A stretch of DNA of 64,000 bases from Geosiphon pyriformis uo1 (GCA_016748015.1 JAAOMT010000176.1:296434-360433); one strand, 5' to 3'; shown: positions 1 through 13,900, counted from the stretch's first letter. The notes: generated from the letters alone by a model not told the origin. A program made the numbers and translations.

Positions 1-1165
1 AAGTATTGGGCAGAAAAATTTTATGTAACCAATTTACTAAGATTAAAAAACATTTTTATTAATAGATAAAAGTCAAAAGCCATTCAAGAAATACTGGTAA
101 TAACAGAGTGAATGCTTTTGTATATAGTATTATGTACTTTTATTTGGCTTTTTTTGTTGGAATTTATAAGAGATATATTATAACTAATAGTTTGGTTGTG
201 TTAAAAAATGCTTATTACTTTGTTTACAACATTTATCATATTATTTGTTATGCTTATTGAAAAACAGATTCTGGTTCTAAAATTGTAGATAAATTGTTTA
301 TTTAAAATATAAATTAGATTAATACTGTTTTAGTTTGACATTCAAACTTTCATATGCTTTCTGAATTTATCAACAAAACTTTAGCTGCTTTTTGTACTTA
401 TTTTATAAAGACAGTTTATAGGAGATTACTAGTTGCAGTTAGAAAAAAACTTTATAACAAGAATTATCTAAGTATTTTGTGTTTAATATATAATAATATT
501 AAACTGTTTAATTATGTTTTTACCTATTTAAAAAATATATTTGTGTGTTTTGATATTTTGCTAGAACATATTAAACTATAAAAGTTTTTGGTAGAGATTT
601 GCTTTTTGTTATCTTTTTTAGTATTATGTACTTTTTACTTAGACATATTAGATATTAGAATTTATACAATTTTGTGTAAAGATTTTGTTTTTAAGAACTA
701 ATCTGATAAGATAACATCAATCTTGGATAATAATAAAAAAACTATGTTAATAATAATTAATTTTATTTATTAATTGGCTAAAAAGTATTGTAGTAAGTTG
801 TGATTGTTTAGATTAAAGTTCAGAATAAACATAAAGAAAAGCAGTCTGATAAATAATATAGATATAATACTTGATAATATTAGTGGCTTTTTTAATTTTT
901 TGTTGACTAAGGTAGTATATTTACTTAATATTAATAGATTTTTTGTTATCAATTTTAAATTGTACAAAGCATGTTTTTTTTTAAGCATTAATAGTAAAAC
1001 AAAAATATATATAAGTGTATAATATTGTCTTAATTGACTTAAGTAGCTGGTTATATATAAAAAGTGTATAAACTATATTTAGTTAAGATTACTTAATTAG
1101 TTTTTATATACTAGATAGTAATTAGATTATACTTATAAAACCTAAATAAAAAAAATAAAAAAAAC
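1..1165 (+). mobile_element. Degenerate LINE 3' fragment (post-RNase H region, C-terminal Zn knuckle, 3' UTR, A-rich tail)
   Basis: ORF 354-581 (YFIKTVYRRLLVAVRKKLYNKNYLSILCLIY) and 804-1022 match the C-terminal ORF2 of other copies (19757-20692, 30454-30666). Shared 3' UTR (CTAGATAGT motif) followed by A-rich tail. Confidence 0.85.
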
Positions 1166-2450
1166 TTAAAACTAGTAAAAAAGTCTTAATATTTGTAAAT
1201 AAATTATTATTAAAAAAAATACCAAACAAAAATTTAAAAAAAGTATTATTAACAATTTATGTTTAAGTCTTATTATCAAAAAAAATAAAAAAAATAATAA
1301 AATTTGTTTCTTAATAAGTTATTTAATTATTAATAAGTTAATTTTATTATTTTTGTGATTTTTATCAAATTATTTATAATATTATTATTTTAAAACTTAT
1401 TTTTTAATCAATTAATTTAACAAAATACAATAACAAATAAAAAAACAGAAGATAAAATAAAAAAAATAAAAAGTTAATATTTTATTATTAAAAACTATTG
1501 TTTAATATATTAAAATTCTTAGATATATGTCTTTAATAATTATTATTTTTAATAAACAAAGCAATTAGAATAAATAATTTAATAATATAAACTATAATTT
1601 ATAAATCAAAAAATTTTTAATAAATAAGTTTATTTTAAATATAGTTATTAATACAAAAAATCTGTTTTAATAATTAAATATTTAATTAGTTTTTTTAATA
1701 ATATTATTTTATATGTATAATTTTTGTAAAATAAGATATTTTAATATTTTAATATTTTAATATTTTTTGAGTTATTGTTAATATTATTGATATTTTTGTT
1801 AGTATTTTTAAAATTTCTGGCATTTTTAAAATTTTTAATATTATATAAATTTTTTTTAACATATAATTAGCTAATTTTATATTATATATATTTATAATTA
1901 ATTATTATTTTTATTTTTTTATAAGTAATACTGTTTTATTAAAAATATAAACAAAAGTTTTTCTTTTTACATTTAAACAGATTCTTATTTTATCTTTTTT
2001 TAATAATAAAAACAACAGAAATATTTATTGTGTTTAGCTTTACAAACAAAATGTATTAAAAAAAATAACTTAAGAAATTGGAAAAAAAATAAAACAATAA
2101 ATTATTTTTTTGCTTTTTCATAATTAGAAAATTGATAAGAAAATTTTTTTTTTGTATTATTTATTTTAATTATACTATTATAATTTATTTTATTTTATTA
2201 TTATTAATTTTAAAAAAGTATTCAGATACTATAAATCATTATTACATAATTTAAATTGTTAAATTTGTATCACATATTTAATATAATTTATTAAAAATTG
2301 TGTTAATAATAAATACTTATCTCAAGAATTTTTATATCTTAAATAAAATGTGTTAAATATACAATATAAAAACTTTTTCTGTTTTTCTGTTTTATAAAAA
2401 ATACTCTGCAAAATAAGATTATATTATTTTAAAACAAAAATGATTTAAAA
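1166..2450. other. Extremely AT-rich low-complexity tract, probably fully decayed repeat
   Basis: Almost no G/C and no credible ORF. Similar tracts at 13000-14530, 18730-19690, 20830-21350, 39950-40790. Confidence 0.5.
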
Positions 2451-2534
2451 TTTTAATGATATTTTTTCAATAAAAGAATTGATGTTAAAAAGACTAGACA
2501 AAAACCATAAAAGTTATGGTACTTAATTTCAATC

Positions 2535-4393
2535 CTATAAATATAATTTAATTAATTCATCACTGACACCTGATGGGGTGAGTACCCCCAAGTCCGTGCA
2601 AAGCAATGTGATATACTCGGGTGGAGTATAATCGACTGTAGGATTGATTTCCTAATGGATTGAAAACCATTTAATGAGTCTTGATAAAAAAAATGATTTG
2701 CCAAACAACGAACCTCAAAATTTTGCGCGTCTTTAATGTTGTCTTGCTTGTCAAGATCAGGATATCCGCCTTCTTCGATGTAATGTCTTCGTTGGCTTTC
2801 TTCATCGAGCGGAGATGAAGAACGGGTAATTCCAGACCCTAGTTCTTTGAAATCCTCATCCCGTTGATTTGGTTGCCCTGAATATGAATCTAAATCCGGA
2901 AAAGTCAAAAGATCAGGGGTGTGGGTGGGCAAATCATATTGGTTGAGAGGGAATAAACGAACAAATTTGTAGCTAATTATAGAAAAAGAATTGTTTTTTT
3001 TCGGACGAGTAAAAATTTGGTTTAATACATTAAATATGCTGAAGATTTATTATAGGACAGGCCCAAGACGAGGACATGGCATATGCGAGAATTTCTTGAT
3101 GTAACTACCTTTCTATTACGGCATAAAATGGTTTACTCGCCGCCTTAGCAACAATTGCTAATTGATATGATCCAATCTGTTAATTAAAGATGGAGTGTTA
3201 AAATTGATAAATAGCTAATACCAATAAGTTGTTATTCAAAAACTTGAAAATCAAAAGTTTTTTTTCCCAATTTAACTTACAGCATTGATCAAACCCCCAT
3301 TTTCTACTACGCCTTCTGCTCCAACAAAAACCGCGTCAACCTTGTCAATTACGTACCCAACCGCAGTGTCTAAAATTACTGTTGCGGGGATGCCAGCTTT
3401 ACGCAATATCTTCGCTGATCTAACTCTATCAATAAGACAAAACCCAAATTTTGATCAAAATTGATTCAAACAATAGCAACTTTGATATATAAATTACCCG
3501 TGCCTTACCCCAAAGATGTCGGACGAGATTCAGTTACATAAACTTTAAAGCGTTTATTTTTTCTGGCAGCAAGTTGCAATAGGAGCATCACGACTCGTGA
3601 ATATGCGTGTATTAGAATGACCTTGAGATTTCTTTATGCATCGAAGGAATCCAAATATATGATGGCATGAAATAAATTCAGACATAATCTTAAAATAACT
3701 TACAGCATCATCCTTAATGAATTGTACTCCCAATTCAGCGACTTTATGTCGAACTGCTGCTGATTTTTCTACAAGAACTTTCCCACTATTAATCAACTGT
3801 TCTTTACACGCTCCAAGGTTCTAATAAGGTTGATTAATGTGAAACATAAAATTATAAGTCAAATGGGAAAATCTTGCTATTTTGTAGGAGTGATAAATTA
3901 CCGTAACATCGTGAGAGGTTCTCGTTACAAATCGTAAGAACAAATCTGTGCCCGCAGAAAGAGAAATAGAATTCTTTGTAGATGCCTTTAATTCCTGACT
4001 TGCATCTTTAAGAGATTCCATAAACTCAGAAATAGTGGCCGCTAGGCAGAGTTCAAACGGAAATCAGTCAAAACTTTATAATAAGGTGAAAATCGGTCAT
4101 AAGTTGAAGTAGGACTGAACCTTTGCTGTGCTTTATAAGTTCAATTAAAGCTTCTATAGCTGCAACAGGCATGGATATGTTCTTTGCTCAATAAGAAAAA
4201 TAGAAATTAATGTCTGGTCTCGTACAAGCAGCAACTACTTCACAAGAAAATAATGCATATCAATTACCTCGTTTTCCTTTAAGAACTTTCGGTAACATGC
4301 CACAATGTCAAAAGTTTTAAGAGCATTTTTATTTTTTGAGATTAAACCAGCTGAAATTTCCAAAGTTTTTGGACTTTGAGATAAATTCGACAT
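2535..4393 (-). CDS. GCN3: Translation initiation factor eIF2B subunit alpha (multi-exon)
   Basis: Spliced reading MSNLSQ...[15 protein letters not shown]...[15 protein letters not shown]...HSYSRVV...VYVTESRP...[16 protein letters not shown]...[15 protein letters not shown]...[36 protein letters not shown] introns; ATG 4393, TAG 2537-2535. Confidence 0.93.
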
Positions 4394-4557
4394 TTTCCAG
4401 AAGTATTAATTTATAAAATTTTAATCAAATTCAAAAGATACGCGATTCATCCGCTAGAATTATAGGGAGTCGAGAATCAGAAAGCGTGACTAGAGCCCGG
4501 AAACTTTAAAAATTTGAGTGCGATTAGATTATACCTTTTTGACAATATTCTCGCGCT
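4394..4557. promoter_or_regulatory. Probable bidirectional promoter (GCN3/THR4)
   Basis: Only 164 bp between divergent ATGs; CpG-rich relative to flanks. Confidence 0.6.
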
Positions 4558-6287
4558 ATGAGATATATTTCTACTCGTGGTTCTCCCTTATATTATAGCT
4601 TTTCAGAAGCAGTCCTAGTAGGTCTAGGTGATGACGGTGGTTTAATAATACCTGAGCTTATTCCTACTCTTCCTCTTGATTGGAGCATTACCTGGCGAAA
4701 CTTAACTTTTTCTGAATTGGCCTTCAACATTTTTTCTTTGTACATTCCTCAGGAAGAAATCCGCTCTCAAGAACTTGAAAACTTAGTATCTCGCTCCTAC
4801 GATAGTTTTAGAACGCCAACTGTAACACCTTTAGTGAAAATAAAACCACAACTATATATATTAGAGTTATTCCATGGGCCAACGTTTGCCTTTAAGGATG
4901 TAGCTTTACAATTTTTAGGAAACTTATTTGAATATTTATTGAAAAAAAAAAATGCGGGAAAAGGTGAAAAGGAAGTAAAAGATAGAATCACCGTCGTTGG
5001 AGCGACTAGTGGTGACACTGGAAGTGCTGCTATTTACGGTTTACGTGGCAAAAAGAATATATCACTTTTCATATTACACCCTCGCGGAAAAGTCTCCCCT
5101 ATACAAGAGGCACAAATGACTACTGTATTGGATAGCAATGTTCACAATTTAGCAATCGAAGGAACCTTTGATGACTGTCAGGTATTTTAAAAAATCTCTT
5201 TTTTCATTAGGATCGGGTCAATTTTTCTTTGTTTTTTCTATCATAGTTGATTAGCTATCTCTATTTTTATAGAATATTGTCAAAGCCTTGTTCAATGATT
5301 CTCCATTCAACAATAAATATCATCTTGGAGCCGTCAATTCTATAAATTGGGCTCGTATACTTGCTCAAATTACATATTACTTTCATTCTTACTTTCAACT
5401 TCTCGATTATTTGAATATCAACCTCAATTCCCCCGATGCTGAACACATTCAACTTCAATATATTGTACCCACTGGAAATTTTGGTGACATATTAGCTGGA
5501 TACTATGCTCGGCGAATGGGATTGCCGATTCAAAAATTGGTTGTTGCTACTAACAGCAATGATATTCTTGATCGATTTTTTCAAAGTGGTAAATATGAAA
5601 ACTCGGGTGTTATCGAGACTCAAAGTCCTGCGATGGATATTGCAGTTTCGAGCAATTTTGAGAGATGGTTGTGGTATTTGGCCTATGAATGTCTTCCCCA
5701 AAAGAAGCAAGATAGCGAGACAGAGAGAATGAAATATGTTGGAAATCACGTTAAACAGTGGATGGAAGAAGTGAAATCAAATCAGGGATTCTCTATAGGC
5801 GAGGATTTCCTAAAAATTGCTCGTCGCGATTTTCATAGTGCAAAAGTAACCGATGAAGAGGTATTTGTGTATGAAACCAAACCACTTTTAAAATTTTAAT
5901 TTCTCAGAAGCAATATTTTTATCGGATCAGATATTGGAAACCATCAGACGGTATTACTTGCCGAAGTCCACAGATCAAATCTCTTATATCCTTGATCCAC
6001 ATACAGCAGTTGGGATAAACGCAGCGGAACAGCAAACCGTTTCTTCTTCTACTTACCAAATCTGTCTTGCTACCGCACATCCGGCAAAATTCGCTAAAGC
6101 TGTCGTAACAGCCCTTGAAAATATTTCGTCATTTGATTTCTTGTCAATTGAACCTCCGGAATTCAAAGGCTTGTTAGATAGGGAAAAACGTGTGACATAT
6201 TTGGAACGTCCCGATCCAATACTAGTAAAGAAAAAAATTGAAAACGAATTGAAAAACGAAGGAAATGAAAATGAGAACCGAATTTGA
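4558..6287 (+). CDS. THR4: Threonine synthase (exons 4558-5181, 5273-5860, 5931-6287)
   Basis: MRYISTRG start, LELFHGPTFAFKDVALQ (PLP lysine), GATSGDTGSAA, VNSINWARI, VPTGNFGD, SPAMDI, DPHTAVG, LATAHPAKF. In-frame GT-AG introns. Confidence 0.96.
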
Positions 6288-6968
6288 CGCTTCAAATCCC
6301 AGTCAGTCGCCAAATAGACTACAATCTGGTAGGAGTATGACACAACTATATAATTTGTATATTTTATTATTTTGAAAAAGTATCTTACAAAGGATAATTG
6401 ATTAAAATATGGAAACAATTGAAAAATATGTAGCTTGACCAATCATAAATTAATATCAATAGTATCAAAGTTTAACATCAAATAAAATTTTTTTGAAAAC
6501 AATAGCATAGCAATCTAAAGATAAAGATTTAAAAGCGAGTAAGAGGGTTTTTAAATTGCTCAAGTTTACCTGAGATCTCTTTTATTTTTTGTACAAGTAA
6601 CTCATCATGACGAATAATGCTGACGTGTAGATTGTGTGTTAAAAAACAGTATGATTTAAATGTCCATGCGAGTGTGTTAAATAAAATAATAAGATATTGT
6701 TCTTAAGAATGAACTCGAAATTCCATATACAAGAAATCTATAGGTTCAAGAGAAAAAGTTTAAAGGTATATAATTGGGTAATTTTAAGTAAATATATAAA
6801 CAAAATTATGGGCTCTCGCCGGTTTTATGTGGATTACCGATCAAGGATTGAGAACTCGATCGACTGATTGTTTGATCAAACAACAAATAAATTATGAAAT
6901 CATACCCTTGAAGGTGAATTTTCGAGTATGAACAGCTTTGTAGGTGACATCAACTTTTATACTTTTCC

Positions 6969-8704
6969 TCAAGGACCCAAAACTAACAACGGTCTGCCTT
7001 TCCCATCTGAATTATAATCATCCACATATTCCTGCGATACATCTGAACTACGACCAAAAAAGAATTCTTTGAGATGTCGACATCCACAGATGATTGTTTG
7101 AATATGTTGAATTTCTAGATTTGGACAATTTCTTAAGCGAAGATGTTCCAGGTATCGCATTTGGGTAATCACAACTGGAATAAGCTGAAAATTGAAAAAA
7201 ATCTTCATCGTCAAGATAGTCAAAACCAAACTTAAAATTATATATAAATGAAATGCTGGTTAAAGTTAAGGTAAGAAAAATTGAAACTCAAAGCTACCTT
7301 AGCCGGAGCATCTTCGGTACTGGCCAAGAAAAATTCCCGTAATCCTGCACATCCAACTGCAATCGCACGAAGGGCTTCAATTGTCATTTCACCGGAAGGA
7401 AATAAACTTAATTTTCTCAAATTAACCCCGTAAGCCCCCAAACCATTAATATAAACATCCTCGGTTATTTGATCACAATAGGATATTTGTAATGATGTCA
7501 AGGTTCTCGATATACTTCGGAGAAAAGCGATTAATGGTTGATCAGTAATATTGGACAACCCGAAGAGACAAAGATCATTAATCGGCGGGCGATTTTTCTC
7601 AAGCACAACTAATAATGAATCGGAAAATGAACTATTGTAGATATGCAGGGAATTTAAAGTAGTAAAACCTCTTATGGCTAACATGCTTAGTGAAAGGTCA
7701 GTCACGTGTTTTGATCGTGACTCCTGAATTTGAAGATTTGTGAGGTTCTTCATTCGTTCAGCTAATGCAAGAAATCCGGCGTTGGTAATATTGGTAGCAT
7801 CACGAAGCGATAATTTTAATGATTTCAATTGATCCGCGTTAGCAGCTAATGCAATCAAGGTAGCATTCGTAACTCCGGCATGTGGTTCCAAGCCGAAATG
7901 ACGTAATTTATTACAACTTGTAGCCAATTCAACTAATGAGGCATCGGTGAGATTTGGTGGATTATGAAGCACAAGAGATTCCAAATTTTGATGAAGATAT
8001 TCGGGAATTTTTAAGACGACCTCATCATCCAACTCACCACAATCCCATATATGAAGATTTTTTAATCTTGTACAATTTTTTACAATACGAGCAAAAGTAT
8101 GTTTCGTCGGAGTATTTGTCAAATAAATTTCCAAAGTGGTCAAGTAATGTCCATGATTTGCAATCTCAAGCAATCCTTTATTAGTTATTCGGGTGCAATC
8201 ACCTATCGCCAATGATTCTAAATGCCGACATCTTAATAAAATTTGTTGTAATGCATAATCGGTGATATTTGGAAGATTAATCAATTTGATTGAACGCAAT
8301 TCGGAACATCGAATCGCGATTCTGCATAATATTTCTTCACGCAATTCAGATACATTTGAGAAATCGATTGATTTCAAAACTCCACAACTTTCAGAAATTA
8401 GACCAAGTTCAGCTAAGGGGATGTTTGAAGCGAGTCGTGATAGATCCAAGTTTTGTATGAGACAACCGTATGAATATGTCGTAGCACAATGTTTACTTCG
8501 ATATAGAGTTCTGATAAATTTTTGAAGGGTTGAAACGCGTTTCATATATGGAGCTTTCCATAAGTTTGGAGTGGCACAAGTATTCCAAAGACGCGAGACT
8601 ACGCAACAACAAACCAGGTCAACTTGGTTATCTAAATTTGATAAAATTTCACAAATTATATACGCATGATAAGATAATGGAGTTTCTTCGTATTCGTTTG
8701 TCAT
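6969..8704 (-). CDS. F-box/leucine-rich-repeat protein (FBXL/Grr1-like); exons 8704-7298 and 7184-6969
   Basis: N-terminal F-box (IICEILSNL..DLVCCCVVSRLWNTCATPNLWKAP) followed by many cysteine-containing LRRs (LxxLxLxxCxxITD). Confidence 0.88.
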
Positions 8705-10139
8705 AATTTTTTTAAAAAATATTACAAGATTATTATAAAGAATTGTCCAGAAAAAGTGGGAGTGAAGGTGAGTTTTTTCAAGTTAAAAATTTAGATTTGG
8801 AAATCTTTTTTTTTTTTTTTTTTACATATACTCAAGTCTATCTTACAAAGTTACAAATATCGGTGATGGTAAGGGAAGCGGGGTTTGAAGCGGAATATAT
8901 ATGCGTGGTTACAAAGTACGCTAACTATTAAACTTTCAGATAAAAAAAGTTAAAAAGAAACAAAATAATATTTATTTTTGTTAAAATTGAAAGTTATGTT
9001 TGGGCAAATGCGACAACTAAATATCATTTGATAAACTTGTATTTGCTAAATATAAACTTCAGGGCCTTTCGCTTATGAGCAGGGCTTGTATATTTTTGTT
9101 GAACAAACTTTGTTACTTCTTTATCGTGCACATTTGGAAAATTCCAGTGTAACGTTTTGCAGACTTATTATTTGGTACTGAAAAGAGTAAAGATTATGTT
9201 GCATGAATAATGGATCATAAAAATTGATTTACCGTTTCTCTGGGATCGTCTTTAACCAAAATGGGTTTGGTCTCTTCAATTGGGTAATAGGTTTAATTAA
9301 GAAAAAAAATTTTTTTTTTTTTTAGTTTCATCATTTGTGCAGAAAACTTAAAAGACAATGTATGAATGAATGAACATCATAATGATGATCTATCGTTCAA
9401 GAAGCGTTTGTTTGTGGATGACATGACACAAAAAGTTAAGTCTTTTTGACTATATTAATATATAAATTTTCCAAATAGTTTATTGTCAAGCTCTAGACCA
9501 TTCTTCAAATGGTATTCAGCTGAACTGTTGATTATGAATTAGTGTTTCTCAAATGAAAAAAAAAAATTACAAAAAAACATCTAGAAAATTCCAACAATCT
9601 TCATCCCCATTGTTACCTTTTTTACCCTAGAAAATTTGGTGACTCTTTTTTTCTTTAGTTCGTCACTTGATAGAAACAGGGTCATCGATTTCAAATTTTA
9701 ACCGATGGAAAATTTGGTTGTTTTTTTACTTTGGAATTTATATACGCGTGGGAGATTCAATTTATGGACGCGCGAGGGAAGAGATCTTGATGTGCTACTG
9801 TTTAATTGTTTAAACCTTACTTTTTTTTGAATCTACATTTGATTTTCACTAACATCCTACTGATCTGTTCCATGTTATGCATCAAAATTTTTAACTTTAA
9901 TTCTAAAAGAGGAAAATTGATTATTAGCAGCCTAAACAATCTTTTCCTTTATTCATTCACGATCTGGCTCCCCCATTACAAAGATAATGAAAATCTTTGA
10001 TGACGAATTAAAGAGTTGGTGGCATAAACAAAAAACTAGCTTATAAAGAAAAAACTCAATAAATCTATCAAACTGACATTAAAAAAAGTTTAAAAAAAAA
10101 AATATCAATTTTTTTACTACTCTCATATTCGGTTACGAA

Positions 10140-10172
10140 ATGATGATTATGATGATTATGATGATGATGATG
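10140..10172 (+). repeat. Imperfect (ATG/GAT)n microsatellite
   Basis: atgatgattatgatgattatgatgatgatgatga. Confidence 0.7.
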
Positions 10173-10848
10173 AGTCTCTACGATAAGTGTTAGACTGTGC
10201 TACTAATATTAAAAAATAAACTTTGGAAAATCATTATACCCCCAAATATTTACTAAAAATTTTTTTCTGTTAATCATACTTTTAATTGGTAATCTGGGCT
10301 AACTACTTATCTTTTACGAGCTAGTCTATTGTTATTTTGACAGTCACACTATTGTCTCAAAGTTTTATAGGTCTAATATCTATTTGATTTTATGTGAGAC
10401 AATTTATGAAATGTTGTACACATCGCGCGAAACTTTTTAATCAGTGAGTTATATTGTGTTACACTAAAGATTTCATAATGATAGAAAAAAGGTGTGTAAC
10501 TTCTAACGCTGAAAAGTTCAAATTCAAATTTTGTTCATTGTCCAAACTACCTTTAGTTACTCTGGATATTTAAAATTTCAGACTCAAAAAATATGATTTT
10601 TCCTTGGCAATGATCCAAGTGGTCAATTCCTCTGAAAATCAAATTTATCATCATAGATCGTGAAAGAGACATCGAACTCTTAAAAAATTTGGAAATCATC
10701 GGAATTCGGGATCGTCAAAAGTGGTATAATTGATATCTAGTATTAGAACTATTTATATATTCAATGCCAAGTCTTTTTTGATCTAACTAAACGTAAAGTT
10801 ATTAAAATATTGAAATTTAGTGTTAATACAAGTAATATATTGTTCTTG

Positions 10849-10874
10849 AAAAAAAAAAAAAAAAAAAAAAAAAA
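10849..10874 (+). repeat. Poly(A) homopolymer, 26 nt
   Basis: Directly visible, downstream of the Tubby stop. Confidence 0.8.
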
Positions 10875-10956
10875 TTATTTAATCCCTAACATGAATTTGC
10901 ACTAAAAATCTATTATCTCCATATGAAATACAACTTATGATAACAGACCTCCTAAA

Positions 10957-12914
10957 TTATTCACAAGCAAGCTTCGCATCAAAGCTACTTAAGGCAATTG
11001 CGAAAGCTTGAAGTGGGCACATAGGATACATGAAATCCATCGTGAATGTATCCTCCAAGACACGTCCGAATTGCATTATGATGTAATCCACTAAAAACAA
11101 ATATCAAAATGGGTTTGAATATTATATATTCAGAAATTATTAAAAAAATATTTCCAGAAACTTACAATCATTGTCATGTACAATCTGAAAATTTTTAACC
11201 GAAGCTAAAGTGACACGTCCACTAAAATTTAACACGTATGATTGTGTTTCTGCCGTATATAATTTCATGAGAAGTTATGTTAAAAAATGTAATAGATATT
11301 GATTTTAAAAATATTTATTTTTCATACCTTCATTCCATTGAGGAGATTTATTGTGAAGAACTAAAATATCTCGGTGACTACCACTCCGAAATTTTTCAAT
11401 CAATGTTTCTTCTTCCTAATAAAATTTATTTTTCCTTATTATAATCTTTTTGATTTTTACGAATATAAAGAACGAGATTAATAAGATTACCGTCTTTGGT
11501 CGAAATTCAGGTCTTTCCCCACCCTTTGTCATTCCCGTTAACAAAACAGTCATCTTGCGAGGACCTTTAAAACCCAATATATTAGGGTCCTTTCATAAAA
11601 AATCTGTCAAATTTTGGCTTTCATCCAAACTTCAAAACAAAACTTTTCATAGAACCCTTAATTTACGTATACTACGGCTCCCAATTCTTCTCGGACGGGA
11701 AGATTCGCTAAATTAGGCTCCTTTTTTAAAGGATTTCGACCATGCGAATAAATAGAAAAAGCCGTGCCAAGAAAATTCGATCTATCAGTAAAGTCAAAAA
11801 AAAAACCCCCCCCCCCCAAATATTAAAATATAATGGTAAAATCTCGGAAATTAAGATACTTCATTTGAGTTCACCTGACTTTCCCCACAATATGTTTTAT
11901 CGTGCTGGACGTAGTTAATTGTTCAGTCGTGATAACGTAATGCGAACTCTTGCTCTTTTTTCGCTTGCGTGCAGCTAACATAAAGGTTCGAGTTTGATCG
12001 GAAGAATCCTCTACAAATAACTCATATTGGGGATAAAATTTCCCAAACCCATCCTTACTACGAGTTATTTTGCAAAGAACTTTTTGACCTTGGGGAACCG
12101 GCCTACGACAAAAAATCATTTATTTCACCAAGTCACAATTCCGTATTTTTCCCTAGAAACAATCTAAATTCAAGGAAACCATTTTTTACTTCATGATAAA
12201 GTCTAGAACTTCTTCATCTTCCATCGCCTCTCTAGATTTTGATAATCGAAATGTTTCAATCATTTGAGCGGTGGGACGATTGACAACAATAGTACGTAAT
12301 TGTTCGGCAGGGGCAATCGGCTGATCTAATGTTGATGGCATTAGAGAAGATGAGCCATTGACAGATGAGGGGGATGTAATTGATAACGTCAAAGACCCGT
12401 AGCTCTGAGCATATAAAGCAAGACACAAAAGGAAATCAATTCAGAGCCTATAAACTCTGTATTATCTAAACGAAGAAAACATACCGGCGAAAGTGTTGAA
12501 TTTTCATCTTCTGAGAGGTCCGTGATATCTTCAGAAGATCCATCATTTTCAAAATTGTCCTCAACTGAAAGGTTATTGATGGCCGATATTACATTTGGGG
12601 ATATTTCGTTCTCTTTGCAATGATTAATATAGAGGGTGTAATTTAGACAATTGTTAGCGTTTCAGCGTTTTCACGTAATTTCCACAAGAGTCTCAATGAT
12701 AATTTAGAAGGCCCAAGTTTTTCAAGTTGTTTTTGAGAAACTCACCAACACCACTATACATAGAGTGACGACGACGATTTGAGTTTAATCGATTAACTCC
12801 TCTTTGAGAGCTATTGTTTCCATTCTCATCAGTAGATGGCAATCTTGAAGATTGCGAGTTTTGACTGTTATTTTCCCAAAAAATCTCGTCAAGCAAAGTT
12901 TTGTCACCCTCCAT
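10957..12914 (-). CDS. Tubby-like protein (Tub C-terminal domain), multi-exon
   Basis: [118 protein letters not shown]: the canonical Tubby C-terminus. Confidence 0.93.
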
Positions 12915-13139
12915 AATACTTTTAAAAATTCAATAAGGCCGAGATTTCAAGAATCCAATGTCACACTTTGTAAAATGACTCATTTCAACAATAGTCGTAA
13001 AATAATAATTTTGATTTTTTGCTTTATATAACAATATTATTATTATTATTTATTATTTATTTTTAAAATTATATATATATATTTAATCATTTATAAATAA
13101 AATAATTATATTTAATCTAAATTTATATTATAACAAATA

Positions 13140-13900
13140 CAAGAAAAGGTTTTTATTGAAAAAAAGTTTTTGTTTTTTCTGCTTTATTAATTTTCAATAT
13201 TTTGCAAAGAACTAACAAGAACTAATAACTGCTATCAATACTTATATAACCAAAAAAAGTTTCTATTGGCAGTAGTTTTACTTAAAAACTTAAAAAGATG
13301 AATAGTAATATTAAAAACTTTAAAAATAAAATAATTTTTTCTTTGGACAAAGCTTTGTTTTTTGACAACAAAATAGTTGTCTTTAAAGTTTTTAATAATA
13401 TAAAAACAAGGGTTAAAGAATTTTATAATAGTAAATATTGAGTTTAATATTAATAATAAAAGTAAAATTTCTTTAAATTCCAGAACAAACACTTTTAAAA
13501 TAAAAAAAATAAATACTAAAAAATTAAATATGTTATTATTAAATATAATTTATTATAATACTAAAATAAAAAAATATCTTTTTTATTTTTTTTTCTATTA
13601 TATTTAAGTTTTGCTTTTGTAATTGTTAAAAAAAAACTGAAAGTTACTATTAAAAAATTTTATGTTTTAAATATTAATCTATTAACTATTAAGTAAAAAT
13701 TTTTTTTTAATGTTATTAATATTAATTTTATTGTTAATAAAAATTGTTAAATTTTTAATAAGTTATTTATTTTTAAAGTATTTTTTATATTTTAAAAAAT
13801 ATATATTATTAAACTTATATATAATTACTTTGTAATAAATATTAACTTTTTTACAAAAATTTTTAATTGTAAATTTTTTAATAATTGTAAAAAAAATCAA
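13140..13900 (+). mobile_element. Ghost of a LINE 5'/ORF1 region, heavily AT-shifted
   Basis: Residual similarity such as aaaattttatgttttaaatattaatct (~13655) vs aaatctttcgcacttaatattgagct (~41475). Boundaries uncertain. Confidence 0.4.

Noticed and set aside
6864-6905. Possible GTATGA...CAG intron after the F-box stop, suggesting an extended C-terminus
   Set aside because: Only 42 nt, and no credible splice route bypasses the TGA; needs RNA data.
9000-10800. Gene or ncRNA in the F-box/Tubby intergenic region
   Set aside because: Only a short non-ATG ORF and simple repeats; no supportable structure.
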